A stretch of 63,996 nucleotides of DNA, filler included, from Candidatus Woesearchaeota archaeon (GTDB taxonomy: Archaea > Nanobdellota > Nanobdellia > Woesearchaeales > BM511), in NCBI GenBank assembly GCA_023266675.1. It is 4 parts of 4 records of this genome, joined end to end, with 100 filler letters (N's around TTAATTAATTAA, not from the genome) between each part and the next. Parts side by side here need not be neighbours in the genome. Positions count along the whole stretch, not along the records: positions 1 to 16,468 come from JAHFPP010000028.1; positions 16,569 to 32,990 come from JAHFPP010000029.1; 2 more parts are not named here. One strand, 5' to 3'. Positions 9,079 through 18,864 of the stretch are shown here, piece after piece; position 1 is the first letter of the stretch, and every line of letters begins with the position of its first letter. A program made the translations under genes and the position numbers. Under the pieces are notes generated by a model. It made no database searches, was not told the DNA's origin, and was given only the letters and a program-made list of their open reading frames with translations.

Positions 9079-10503
9079 TCAATATACAGAGACCAAATCA
9101 ACGTGCTTATTAGGTTTTATCTCAAGCGAATTATCGAAAATGTTTATTATTTCATTAACATGTCCCCTAGCTTTAGCTAAAGCGCGTTTTTTAAGTTCAT
9201 CTTCACCAGGATAATACCATTCTGTTAGCATTAGCTTTGTTGCGCTTTTTAGTATCTTTAAATCAATATCTGTTTCTCCGTGCATCATTTTTAACATATG
9301 TTTTAGTAATATTTTTTCCTCAAGTGCGGTTCCATCTTCTCCAAAAGTCATTGAAGGCTGATAATATATTGAGCCTTTTGGGGTTTTAAACCCTATCCTG
9401 TGCCAGAAAAATGTCGCGTCAGATATTTTCTCAAGTTTTGTTTCACCTTGTGGCGGCATATTTGCTTCAAGCACAATAAAATGGAGATTAGGTGAAAGTT
9501 TTTTCATCTCTTCTTCAATGGTATCATAAAGCGCTTTTCCAAAATAATTTGATTTACCTTCATTATTTTTTCGCATATTCTCTTCAACGCCATTAAGGCC
9601 TATTGCGCCAAAAGTTGCACTATACCCTGGAATTCTAAATATGTTTCCATAGATTCCACCAAAACATTTTCCTTCCTTGAATATACCCAAGAAGATTACA
9701 GGGAATTCTGCGTCTCCTCTAAAAGTCTCATCTACTTCATCCCTCATCCCTTCAAGTGGGTCAACTTCTGCTGGGTCAAAGATTTTAAAAGTATAAGCTT
9801 TAAAGACATGTTTTATGAATATGCTACTTGGGTGCTTTATCTCAATTATCTCTGCTCCGTTTATTTCTTTTAATACTTTTATTTCAGTTCCTATCTTATT
9901 TATTGCGTATCTGGAATAATGAAGTATTGTAAAAATATCCTTCTTCAAGACCCCTTCTTTTGTCAGTTCCGTTGATAATAGCGCATAAAAAGCTCCGTGT
10001 TCAACTATATCCCTGTATGTGTTCCAATCAGTATTTTTTTTGAGATATTCATTTTCCTGTTTTAATACCTGTAAAAGTACATCCAAGGATTCATTAATTC
10101 GCTTGATTATACCTTTAAGGATATTAATATCAACCTGCTGAGTTTTCATGCCACTTGAAGCTAAATTTTTTTCAAATGCTTTTTTGGATATTTTAAAAAA
10201 ATAAGAGTTTATGATTTCAGAATCCTCATTTATATCAAGAACTAATTTTTGCAAGTTAGTGATTATACTTCTATTTAGTTTAGGTATTTCCTTAAGTTTT
10301 TCTTTTGAGATTTTTTCAGGGGATATGCTCCAATTTGTTTGAAACTCTTTAATTAATCTAAGTTTTAAGTCATAGTCTTGTATTAATCTGGAGTAAGATT
10401 CATCTTTTATTTTGGAATGTGAATCCAGCAAGATTAAACGATTTCTTTCAGAAAGAGTTTTAGAATCTTTTTTTCCTTTTAGAAAACTGAATACGTTAAC
10501 CAT
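9079..10503 (-). CDS. Hypothetical protein: N-terminal helical domain plus C-terminal GNAT-like acetyltransferase
   Basis: C-terminal GVEENMRK...FGKALYD...FIVLEAN...FFWHRIGF follows GNAT motif A/B pattern. Confidence 0.6.
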   Translation of the reverse strand: MVNVFSFLKGKKDSKTLSERNRLILLDSHSKIKDESYSRLIQDYDLKLRLIKEFQTNWSISPEKISKEKLKEIPKLNRSIITNLQKLVLDINEDSEIINSYFFKISKKAFEKNLASSGMKTQQVDINILKGIIKRINESLDVLLQVLKQENEYLKKNTDWNTYRDIVEHGAFYALLSTELTKEGVLKKDIFTILHYSRYAINKIGTEIKVLKEINGAEIIEIKHPSSIFIKHVFKAYTFKIFDPAEVDPLEGMRDEVDETFRGDAEFPVIFLGIFKEGKCFGGIYGNIFRIPGYSATFGAIGLNGVEENMRKNNEGKSNYFGKALYDTIEEEMKKLSPNLHFIVLEANMPPQGETKLEKISDATFFWHRIGFKTPKGSIYYQPSMTFGEDGTALEEKILLKHMLKMMHGETDIDLKILKSATKLMLTEWYYPGEDELKKRALAKARGHVNEIINIFDNSLEIKPNKHVDLVSVY

Positions 10504-10556
10504 ACTTAATATCTCTAAAGTTCTCCTTTATAAATATTCCTAAAGTGATGATTTAC

Positions 10557-11075
10557 TCAGCCCATCATTCGCTTTATCCTTAAGGATAGGAATAGCATTG
10601 TGAGTGGCGCTGCAATGACAAGAATAAGTGATGGGGTCAGCTGAGTTGTCTTTTCTGTCATAAGTACTGCGGTGAAATTTATAAAGAAATCCAGTTCGCT
10701 GTTTCCAAGTATTATTACAAAAAGCCTTGGAAGAATTTTTGTGAATCCAAGTACTATAAGCATTAGGGCGTAAGCAACTAAAAATGCTGCCATCTTTGTT
10801 GTTGGCTCTGAGAAGTTTATGTGTGAAAAATCAAATCCTTTGGAGCTTTCATCAAGCCCGACAAGCATAAATGCGACCATTATGCTTGAAAGTCCTGAAC
10901 TGACAATGTCTATCTCGTAAACATCTGAATCTTGTGATTTTGTATGAATGAACTCGTAAAAATACAGCACAAAGTATGAGATAAGCATAAATCCGCAAAG
11001 AATAAAGTTCTCCTTGACAAATGTGATTATCAGGCTTATTGCTGCAGCAATTTCTGGTCCGCTTACAAGTGCCAT
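10557..11075 (-). CDS. Hypothetical multi-pass membrane protein
   Basis: Hydrophobic 172-aa ORF overlapping upstream gene. Confidence 0.65.
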   Translation of the reverse strand: MALVSGPEIAAAISLIITFVKENFILCGFMLISYFVLYFYEFIHTKSQDSDVYEIDIVSSGLSSIMVAFMLVGLDESSKGFDFSHINFSEPTTKMAAFLVAYALMLIVLGFTKILPRLFVIILGNSELDFFINFTAVLMTEKTTQLTPSLILVIAAPLTMLFLSLRIKRMMG

Positions 11076-11431
11076 TTTTTAACTCCGTCAAAAATGACAT
11101 GCTCTGCAATAAAAATCAGCAATGAAAAGGAGATGACATAAAAAATTCCTGACACGCCTATGCCCCTAATAAAAAATAAGGAAAATAATAAGCTGATGGA
11201 TAGATTAAGCAGAAGGTAGCTTTTTTGCGGAATAAAAATTTTAACGCCGTTTGAAGGTTTTATGATATAATAAACAGACGTAAGAAAAATTAATATTCCA
11301 ATTGAGAATATAAAAAAAACAGGAAATATTGATTTATTGTTTAGTGAATAGGATTCTATAAAAAAGATGGAGATTATGATTGCATAAAGATTTGCAGTAA
11401 ATGTGCTTATGTGGTATTTTGTAATATTCAT
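11063..11431 (-). CDS. Hypothetical membrane protein
   Basis: About four hydrophobic segments; GGTGGTG upstream. Confidence 0.6.
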   Translation of the reverse strand: MNITKYHISTFTANLYAIIISIFFIESYSLNNKSIFPVFFIFSIGILIFLTSVYYIIKPSNGVKIFIPQKSYLLLNLSISLLFSLFFIRGIGVSGIFYVISFSLLIFIAEHVIFDGVKKWHL

Positions 11432-11484
11432 TATACACCACCAAAATTAATATGGTAAAAAATAAGAAAAGAAGAGATAACTCA

Positions 11485-11742
11485 TCACCTAAATATCATC
11501 TTATGTCTGTAGATGTATCCTTTGTAGATCATGTAAAGTCCGCCAAACGTGCATCCAACGGCTACAATCCAGTACAGTATCTGGTCTGGCACATACTGAA
11601 GGAAGATGTAATTCATTTTTAAAAGTTTAAGTATCAGGACTACTCCAAATACTAAAAAAAGAATTGCTGACAAAAGATGTATTCCGTTGCCGCTTCCTGG
11701 CTGCTTTTGCTGCATATTTCCTGGATAGGGTTGGTTTGCCAT
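11485..11742 (-). CDS. Small two-TM membrane protein
   Basis: Two hydrophobic helices; AAGGT upstream. Confidence 0.65.
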   Translation of the reverse strand: MANQPYPGNMQQKQPGSGNGIHLLSAILFLVFGVVLILKLLKMNYIFLQYVPDQILYWIVAVGCTFGGLYMIYKGYIYRHKMIFR

Positions 11743-11753
11743 TTTTATACCTT

Positions 11754-12140
11754 TTAAAACATAACGAATGATGCTATTACAAGGAAGAATCCTTCAATTG
11801 CGAATAATATATTATATACTAAAGGTGTGATAAATGAAAGGTTAAGTCCTATCACTTTGAAAACTGAAAGTATTTGTAACACACCTACTGCAATTACTAA
11901 AAGCGCAACAACTATGCTTACAAGTCTCCAATGGTCGTCTTCCATGAATGCTTCAATAAGGAGGTATACACCACCTACTGCTAGAAGATAAGGAAACACA
12001 GAGATTAACCAGTTTGCATGAAGAAATGTTCCCCATGTGATAACTTTAAACGTGTTTAGCAGAGGAATGACTCCAAGTGCCATCAATAAAAGTCCTATTA
12101 AAAGCGCTGACCAGTTTTTTGGATCGTCAAAATCAAACAT
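11754..12140 (-). CDS. Four-TM membrane protein
   Basis: Four hydrophobic helices with internal duplication-like pattern; GAGGTGA upstream. Confidence 0.75.
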   Translation of the reverse strand: MFDFDDPKNWSALLIGLLLMALGVIPLLNTFKVITWGTFLHANWLISVFPYLLAVGGVYLLIEAFMEDDHWRLVSIVVALLVIAVGVLQILSVFKVIGLNLSFITPLVYNILFAIEGFFLVIASFVMF

Positions 12141-12213
12141 TTGCTTTCACCTCGAAAGTATATAACTTATTTCTGATATTCCTAGTATATAAATGTTGCG
12201 TGGATTGATTATC

Positions 12214-12915
12214 TCAATGTGAAAAATGGAGTTGAATTGATGGTATCTGGCTTGATATCTTTCTGTCTTTCTTGTCAAGCATTATTAATTGCCCTGCAAT
12301 CTTTTTTACTGCCTCGTCATCCATCCTCATTTTTTTGCATCTCTCAATTATTGCAGTCCTTCTCTTTTCCTTGTCAGCGCGTATTTGTTCAAGCGTGATA
12401 TCCAGAGTGATTTTTTGATTTGAGAATGTTTTTATATTTTCAAGAAGATGATTAATTGCAATAATTGACTGCTGATTTGTGATAGTATGACTGTTTTGCA
12501 CTATCTGGATATATACGTCTCTAAGTCCAAGTGATATCTGATGGGTTTGCTTTAGAAGGTCTATCTGATTTGCGGTGTCGTGATAGATGTCAGAATTCAT
12601 TGCACCAACTTCTCTTAAAAGTTTCTCTTCATCAATTATCGCCCTCATCTCTTCTGCTATTATTGATGAATTCCCCGGGTCATGTACTCTTTCCCGCTCG
12701 ACATTGCTTTTCTTTTGCTCAATATTATTGTAAAGCGACGTAATGATTTTTGTGCCTTCAATTATTTTTTTGGATTCTTCTTCAAGCGTTCTTAAATCGT
12801 TTCCTTCTCGTGAAATTGTTTCTGATATGTATCCTGCAATTATTCTTATGTCATTTGCAAGATTTTTGAGATTACGTTCAAATGATTTTCCAAAGATTTT
12901 GTCAATTAGCCACAT
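12214..12915 (-). CDS. Hypothetical coiled-coil protein with N-terminal amphipathic helix
   Basis: MWLIDKIFGKSF start; heptad-rich. Confidence 0.7.
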   Translation of the reverse strand: MWLIDKIFGKSFERNLKNLANDIRIIAGYISETISREGNDLRTLEEESKKIIEGTKIITSLYNNIEQKKSNVERERVHDPGNSSIIAEEMRAIIDEEKLLREVGAMNSDIYHDTANQIDLLKQTHQISLGLRDVYIQIVQNSHTITNQQSIIAINHLLENIKTFSNQKITLDITLEQIRADKEKRRTAIIERCKKMRMDDEAVKKIAGQLIMLDKKDRKISSQIPSIQLHFSH

Positions 12916-12917
12916 CT

Positions 12918-13562
12918 TTAGTCCCTCTTTGTATCGTTGTATATCTTTTTAAGATCATTTTGTCCTGCTTCCGCTCTTTTTTTCAGTTCTTCAAGCAGTT
13001 TTCTCATTATAATATCATTATGAGCTTCTTGATTTATTCCATTTCCAAGCGTATTCTCTGTATTAATTATCTTGTTCTCAAGCGCCATTCCTTCGTTAGC
13101 TTCCTGTTTTATGTGCTTTTCATCTCGTATTGCTTTGTTTGGATTGTATCCTCCTTTCATGAAGTTTGCAAATTTTAAAATCCAGGTGATTAGATATATT
13201 ATTACTATTGCTGCTGCAAAGAATAAGAACAAATTTGCTATCTTTTCTGACGGAATTTTCCAGTATATTGCAAGCGTTGACATTAGCGCAAGAGGTATCG
13301 CTATACCTTTTGAGCTCTCTGCAAATATGCTTATCTTTTTTATTATTGCCTCGTAAAGCTTGAAGAAGATGAATATTATTGCAATCAATGAAAGCCCTTG
13401 GCGCACCCACGTGTTTTCAAGCACGTTGATTAAAAGTTTAAACGAATTGCCAAATATTGTTGCCGGCTGCCCGGAGAATAATGACGACGCAAAAACGCTG
13501 TCTGTCAAGAATATTCCTGATACTAGGAAGGTGATTAGTTTTAGCCGCCTAATCTTTCTCAC
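12918..13562 (-). CDS. Hypothetical membrane protein with C-terminal coiled coil
   Basis: Signal-like N-terminus, three TM segments, helical tail. Confidence 0.7.
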   Translation of the reverse strand: MRKIRRLKLITFLVSGIFLTDSVFASSLFSGQPATIFGNSFKLLINVLENTWVRQGLSLIAIIFIFFKLYEAIIKKISIFAESSKGIAIPLALMSTLAIYWKIPSEKIANLFLFFAAAIVIIYLITWILKFANFMKGGYNPNKAIRDEKHIKQEANEGMALENKIINTENTLGNGINQEAHNDIIMRKLLEELKKRAEAGQNDLKKIYNDTKRD

Positions 13563-13728
13563 CTTCCTCTTCAGGAACTATCGCTATCGTCCATTTGCCA
13601 AGAGCTACGTCAAACTCCCAGACAACTTTGTGAGGCTTGTCTTCGTCAAGGCCAAGTAAAGCTACGTGCGGAATTGTTGTTGCAAATGATTTTTTGCTCC
13701 GCTTCCAAAGCTTTGTCGGGAACTTCAC
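13549..13728 (-). CDS. Small (59 aa) AbrB/MazE/SpoVT-like putative DNA-binding protein
   Basis: Not in ORF track; GTG start with GGTG upstream; MKFPTKLWKRSKKSFATTIPHVALLGLDEDKPHKVVWEFD...; overlaps start of next gene. Confidence 0.6.
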   Translation of the reverse strand: MKFPTKLWKRSKKSFATTIPHVALLGLDEDKPHKVVWEFDVALGKWTIAIVPEEEGEKD

Positions 13729-13881
13729 GAATTTACACCATGTAATATCTTATAGCATACTATAAATAACATAATATGTAATACCTATATAAATACTTAT
13801 TGGTTTTGGGCTTTGTAGAAAAAGAAGGATTCAATGATAAAATGGTAAAATATTTAAACAAGTGTAATAATATTATATCAA

Positions 13882-14406
13882 ATGTTAAAAAATTATAACA
13901 AATATAAAGTTTTGAAAGTTTTTCTTGATGCACCTACCGAGAGCCATAGACTCAGAGAGATAAGCAGGGCATCTGGAGTTTTTCCAAAATCTGTAATGAA
14001 TTACTTAAAAGAGTTTGAAACAGATGAGATAATTAAACGTTTTGAAAAAAATAAAATCCCATTGTATACTGCGTTAAGAGATAATGAGAGATTTAAGCTT
14101 TATAAGAAATTAAGTATAATTTATGAATTGAATGTTTCTGGATTTATTGAAGAACTATGGAATAAAGTCTCACCAGATGCTATAATATTATATGGAAGTT
14201 ATGCTAAAGGAGAATCTGTTGAAGATTCAGATATTGACATATTTGTTATAGGAAAAGAAAAGGAAATAAACATAGAGATTTATGAAAAGACGCTTGGTAA
14301 AAAGATTCATTTGATGTATGAAGCTTTTCCAAAAAATATTTCAAATGAGCTTAAGAATAATTTAGCTAATGGAATTGTGATGAAAGGATATTTTAAGGTG
14401 TTTTAA
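13882..14406 (+). CDS. wHTH-fused minimal nucleotidyltransferase (MNT)
   Basis: LREISRASG HTH; LYGSYAKGE...SDIDIFV pol-beta motif. Confidence 0.9.
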   Translation: MLKNYNKYKVLKVFLDAPTESHRLREISRASGVFPKSVMNYLKEFETDEIIKRFEKNKIPLYTALRDNERFKLYKKLSIIYELNVSGFIEELWNKVSPDAIILYGSYAKGESVEDSDIDIFVIGKEKEINIEIYEKTLGKKIHLMYEAFPKNISNELKNNLANGIVMKGYFKVF

Positions 14407-14807
14407 TGATAATAAATGTGAGTGTTGACAAAGAAAAAGTCAAGTCAATGATATCTATGACTGAGACTCGGGAGAGATTCATAAAAAAAGCAGAATACAA
14501 ACAGTTTCCTACAATCATCGCAGAAAATTATTATGAGATAATAAAAGAGATTGGAACTGCAATATTATTGCTTGATGGGAAAAAAGCGATTGGAGATTAT
14601 GCGCATAAAGAGATTATAGAGCAATTAAAGACAAATGATTATATTGATGAACTAGAGTCAAGAGTAATAGATGATTTGCGAATAAAGCGGAACAAAAGCC
14701 AATATGAAGGAAAACAATTTGAACTAGTATATATTGAAAACAATGAGAAAAGACTGCTTTTAATAATACAAAAACTAAAAAAGATTATAGATAAAAAAGT
14801 TAAATAA
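14406..14807 (+). CDS. HEPN-like protein paired with MNT
   Basis: 1-nt TAATG overlap with MNT; helical; LRIKRNKSQYEG (Rx4Y-type HEPN motif). Confidence 0.75.
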   Translation: MIINVSVDKEKVKSMISMTETRERFIKKAEYKQFPTIIAENYYEIIKEIGTAILLLDGKKAIGDYAHKEIIEQLKTNDYIDELESRVIDDLRIKRNKSQYEGKQFELVYIENNEKRLLLIIQKLKKIIDKKVK

Positions 14808-14831
14808 AAAGGATAATAAAAAATAAAACAG

Positions 14832-15809
14832 TTAAATTCCTCTTGCCTGAAGTTCAAGAGTTTTGCTGTATTGGTAATTAACTTCTGAAGTCTTTTGTAT
14901 TTCATCTTCAAGGAGTTTCATGTAAGCGATAATTTTGTCGCCGACAGCCTTTGGAAGCTTCATTTGTCCTTCAAGATTTCCTATTACTTCTCGGTTCATG
15001 ATTATTTTTATTCCGTTCTCAACGCCAAGCGTCAGGTGGATAAGATCCCTTACTTCATCCATTATGAGTTTCATTTCCTTTTCTACAAGTTTATGTATTT
15101 CTGCAAGGTCCTTGTTTAATATTTGTTTTGCCTGCTGATTTTTGGATGCATTGCCTCTGACTGTTTTTGCAATGTCTTTTCCTACAACATTTAAGTCCTT
15201 TGCCATGCTCTTGTCCAAATCAAGTATCCTGTTGTAAAAAAACCCCATTTCCTGTTTTAGTGTCATGTCAAACTTGAAGAGAAACGACCTTAGCTGCGTT
15301 CTTTCCCTTGCAACCATTATTTCCTGCCGCTCTATCTCATCAAGCGCTTTTGTTATCATGTGTGAGCAGAAAGTGAATTCTTCCTCAATTATTTTTTTTA
15401 TTTCCTGAGCCTGTGAAGGCGTAAGCCCTTTTTCTCTTACAGCTCTATCAATATTTCCTGTGAATTCTCTTTTTCTTTTTCGTAAGTCACTGACTGTATC
15501 TCGTATATGTATTAATACGCCATACTGCGCATTTTCATTGACTTTTATGATTTTTAGAACTTCACTTTCAAATTGGTGTGCGCCTTTATCAAGCTGCGGT
15601 GTGTCACCTTTTTCTATTGCTGCTCTTGTGAACTTGTAGAAGAATCCCGGCAATTTATTTGGGTCTGAGATTGCAACCTCTTCATCCATGAACCTTGTTG
15701 CAAACCTTCGTGTTGCCCTTACCTGGCTTAAAGGATTTAGACGATTAAAAAAATTTCTTGCACCTGACCTAATTGGTGCTGTAAGTTGTTCCATAAAACT
15801 GCTTGCCAT
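14832..15809 (-). CDS. Hypothetical coiled-coil protein
   Basis: 325-aa heptad-rich ORF; GGAGTGA upstream. Confidence 0.75.
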   Translation of the reverse strand: MASSFMEQLTAPIRSGARNFFNRLNPLSQVRATRRFATRFMDEEVAISDPNKLPGFFYKFTRAAIEKGDTPQLDKGAHQFESEVLKIIKVNENAQYGVLIHIRDTVSDLRKRKREFTGNIDRAVREKGLTPSQAQEIKKIIEEEFTFCSHMITKALDEIERQEIMVARERTQLRSFLFKFDMTLKQEMGFFYNRILDLDKSMAKDLNVVGKDIAKTVRGNASKNQQAKQILNKDLAEIHKLVEKEMKLIMDEVRDLIHLTLGVENGIKIIMNREVIGNLEGQMKLPKAVGDKIIAYMKLLEDEIQKTSEVNYQYSKTLELQARGI

Positions 15810-15843
15810 ATTATATCACTCCGTTGTTTTTGTTTTTTTAAAG

Positions 15844-16468
15844 TTATTTTTCTATTTCAGCAATTATTTCTTCTAATTGCTTTTGTATTTTCTCTGCGTT
15901 CTCATTTAGCAGTGCTTTAGTATTATGAGTGTCTACTTCGCTTATTATTCTATTGCAATCGTTATACAACAATCCCATTTTTGTGTTGAGATTGTTTTCA
16001 ATTGAACTGATTTTTACAAGTTCAAGAAGTACAATTCGTATATTAATGAGTATTCTTTTTGTTTCTTCCTGTGCCCATACCAGATTTTTGGTCTTGCTTG
16101 TTATGTCTTTTTTAAATTTTTTGGCGTCATCAATTAGTTTTGTTATGTCTTTTTTGAATGCGTCTTCAAATTCAGGGGTTTTTGCAATTATTCTTTTATT
16201 TTTCTTGTTTATTTCAAGAGGTATGACTATGTCTTCGCGTGAGGTTAAGACAAGTGTTTTTGGGGAGCCGTTCTCATTTGCATTTGAACCCCATAATTTT
16301 AATTCCGAATTAAGTCCGTTTGTGTATTTATATGAATATCCTCCGAGTGTAGGCATAAGTCCTTTCTTGTATGCAACGATAAAATATCCTTTTGTGAATC
16401 GAGGATACATTTTTATTTCAAATTTTCCGTTTCGTTCTGTTTTGCCAATTTTTATGCCTGCGGGGTAC
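15844..16468 (-). CDS. Hypothetical protein, 5'-truncated at contig end; beta-rich segment followed by coiled coil
   Basis: Frame is open to the N-run; GKTERNGKFEIK..YFIVAYKKG then heptad repeats. Confidence 0.6.
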
Positions 16469-16568
16469 NNNNNNNNNNNNNNNNNNNNNNNNNNNNNNNN
16501 NNNNNNNNNNNNTTAATTAATTAANNNNNNNNNNNNNNNNNNNNNNNNNNNNNNNNNNNNNNNNNNNN
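16469..16568. other. Artificial contig linker
   Basis: N-run flanking TTAATTAATTAA (stops in all frames). Confidence 0.98.
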
Positions 16569-16628
16569 AAAATAACAAAAAAAAATTAATAAGGTTTATA
16601 TAGATTATAATCTTCTTTTTGACTTATA

Positions 16629-17783
16629 ATGAATTACTCAAAAGAATTGACAATAAACGCTGTTGAAAACAAAAGTATAGCAGTTATAGGAGCAGGGTTT
16701 TTTGGTATCATGACGGCGTTAAAGCTTGCAGAAAGAGGATTTAATGTAGTTATTTTTGAAAAAAATAATGAGATTATTCGTGGAGCAAGCTATATAAATC
16801 AGAACAGGGTGCATTTTGGATATCATTATCCTCGAAGTGATGATACAGCAAAATCAAGCTTCATGTATCAAAAGGCATTCTGTAAACTGTTTAAGGAAAG
16901 TGTCGTTACTAATTTTGAACATTATTATTGCATAGCAAGAGAAAACAGCCTTACAACAGGCCAGCAATACAGGGATTTTTGTAATAGACTTAATCTGCCG
17001 TATACAGAAGAGTTTCCTAAAAAAATAACTATGTCACATGACAAGGTTGAGATGTGCATTAAGGTTCCTGAGCACATATACGATGCCAATGTATTAAGGG
17101 GACTACTGAAAAATTTATTAAAAGATGAGGACAGGATAAATCTTTTTCTATTAACTGAAGTTATTGGTATAAATAATAAGTCAAGTGGATTTGAGATAGA
17201 GATAAAAAAGAACAATAAAACTGAAAAATTGAATTTTGATGCAATTATTAATGCTACGTATAACAATATTAATAGGGTAATAGCCATGGCGGGGTTTGAA
17301 ACTAAAAATTACCAATATGAACTTTGTGAAGTTCCTATTGTGCATGTACCATGGAAGGATAGGTTAGGATGCGGAATAATGGATGGTCCATTTTTTGGAA
17401 TATTGCCATTCGGTTTTTCGGATGAATACATGCTTTATGATGTAGAGATATCTGTTCTTGAAAGATCAGTTAGCAAATTGCCAGAGTTCAAGCACGATAT
17501 AGATTATTACAATGAAAAAGAAAGAAGAGAAAAAAGATTTCAGAAATATATTGAAAAGTCAAAAGAATACATAAAAGAAATGGATAAGTGCCAATATCTT
17601 TACTCGGCATACATAGTGAGAGTTGTTCTTCCAAATAGGGATAAAGATGATGCGAGACCAACAGAAATATTATACCATAAAGATGCTTTCTGGTCAATAT
17701 TTTCTGGAAAATTAAGCGCTGCCATACCTGCATCTGAAAAAATTACTGAAGAAGTGGATGATTATTTCAGAAAAAGAGGATAA
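16629..17783 (+). CDS. FAD-dependent oxidoreductase (DAO-like)
   Basis: IAVIGAGFFG, GASYINQNRVHFGYHYPRS, SGK motifs. Confidence 0.85.
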   Translation: MNYSKELTINAVENKSIAVIGAGFFGIMTALKLAERGFNVVIFEKNNEIIRGASYINQNRVHFGYHYPRSDDTAKSSFMYQKAFCKLFKESVVTNFEHYYCIARENSLTTGQQYRDFCNRLNLPYTEEFPKKITMSHDKVEMCIKVPEHIYDANVLRGLLKNLLKDEDRINLFLLTEVIGINNKSSGFEIEIKKNNKTEKLNFDAIINATYNNINRVIAMAGFETKNYQYELCEVPIVHVPWKDRLGCGIMDGPFFGILPFGFSDEYMLYDVEISVLERSVSKLPEFKHDIDYYNEKERREKRFQKYIEKSKEYIKEMDKCQYLYSAYIVRVVLPNRDKDDARPTEILYHKDAFWSIFSGKLSAAIPASEKITEEVDDYFRKRG

Positions 17784-17851
17784 ATATAAAAATCTGGTAA
17801 CCAGTTCTATAAAAAATTAGGGAATAATAGAATTGCAGAGGGTTATTAATA

Positions 17852-18832
17852 ATGAAAAGAAAAATTATTGAAATTACAATAATTGGTTCTGGGCATTACG
17901 CTATTGACCTAATTTCAAAGGAGTACACAAGAAATAACAACTGTGTAATAAAGGCAGTAATTGCAAATTCATACGATAAAAATAAGGTTGAGAATTCTCC
18001 GCTTAAAAATGTTCCATTTTTTAAAGATTTGACCGAGTGGAAAACAAAATTCGGCAAAGCAGACAGTAATGACTTATTCGATTTATGTGTACACGAAAAT
18101 TCAGTTTTAGACATAGTCAAAGAACTTGTAAAGACAGGTGCAAAAAATATCATACTACCAAAACCACTTCCGCTTGCTAAAAAAAGTATTGACCAATTAT
18201 TAACAATACAAAAGGAAAAAAATACTAATATGTTTGTAGCATCACAATGGCATTATTGCGATATTCTGGATAAAACACGCTTAATACTTAATAAACTAAA
18301 AAAAGACAATAAACTAAAAAAAGTTACTGTTGACTTCAGCCAGACATTTTCAGAAGAACATTTGAGGAAATATTCTGTTGTAACAGCCCTTCTTCCTCAT
18401 ATGATTCAGGTACTAAGCAAAATAGGGCTTGACGAATTTAAAATAACAAGAAACATTGAAGTGAATAATTCTTCAAGTACAAATTTAGAGATTAAATATA
18501 AGATTGATAAGCCTTATCCTTTTGAAATAAAATTGATGACTGATTTGAAATCAAAAGAAAAAAGAAGAAATCTTTATGCATATGATGAAAATGGAAATAT
18601 ACTGCTAAGCCTTACATTTTCAGGGAACAATATGCACAAATACCCGATATTATATTATAATAAGAGATATTTTGAAGCAAGAGAACATGATTTGACTAAG
18701 ATGGTAAAAGAGGAAATTAAATCACTGATAGACAACAATAAAAATAAGAAAGTGAATAAAATAATGAATTTGGAAGATTATTTAGATATACAAAAAATGT
18801 TAATAACAATAAATGGCAAAATTCAGAAATAA
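17852..18832 (+). CDS. Gfo/Idh/MocA-like oxidoreductase
   Basis: IIGSGHYA Rossmann start; IILPKP in place of the EKP motif. Confidence 0.6.
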   Translation: MKRKIIEITIIGSGHYAIDLISKEYTRNNNCVIKAVIANSYDKNKVENSPLKNVPFFKDLTEWKTKFGKADSNDLFDLCVHENSVLDIVKELVKTGAKNIILPKPLPLAKKSIDQLLTIQKEKNTNMFVASQWHYCDILDKTRLILNKLKKDNKLKKVTVDFSQTFSEEHLRKYSVVTALLPHMIQVLSKIGLDEFKITRNIEVNNSSSTNLEIKYKIDKPYPFEIKLMTDLKSKEKRRNLYAYDENGNILLSLTFSGNNMHKYPILYYNKRYFEAREHDLTKMVKEEIKSLIDNNKNKKVNKIMNLEDYLDIQKMLITINGKIQK

Positions 18833-18864
18833 TTGAGGAGAATAAAATTGTAAATTAGCAAAGT

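Noticed and set aside
16469..16568. TTAATTAATTAA flanked by Ns, repeated at 32991 and 49439
   Set aside because: Identical 100-nt artificial contig spacers; not a biological repeat, and no gene linkage should be inferred across them
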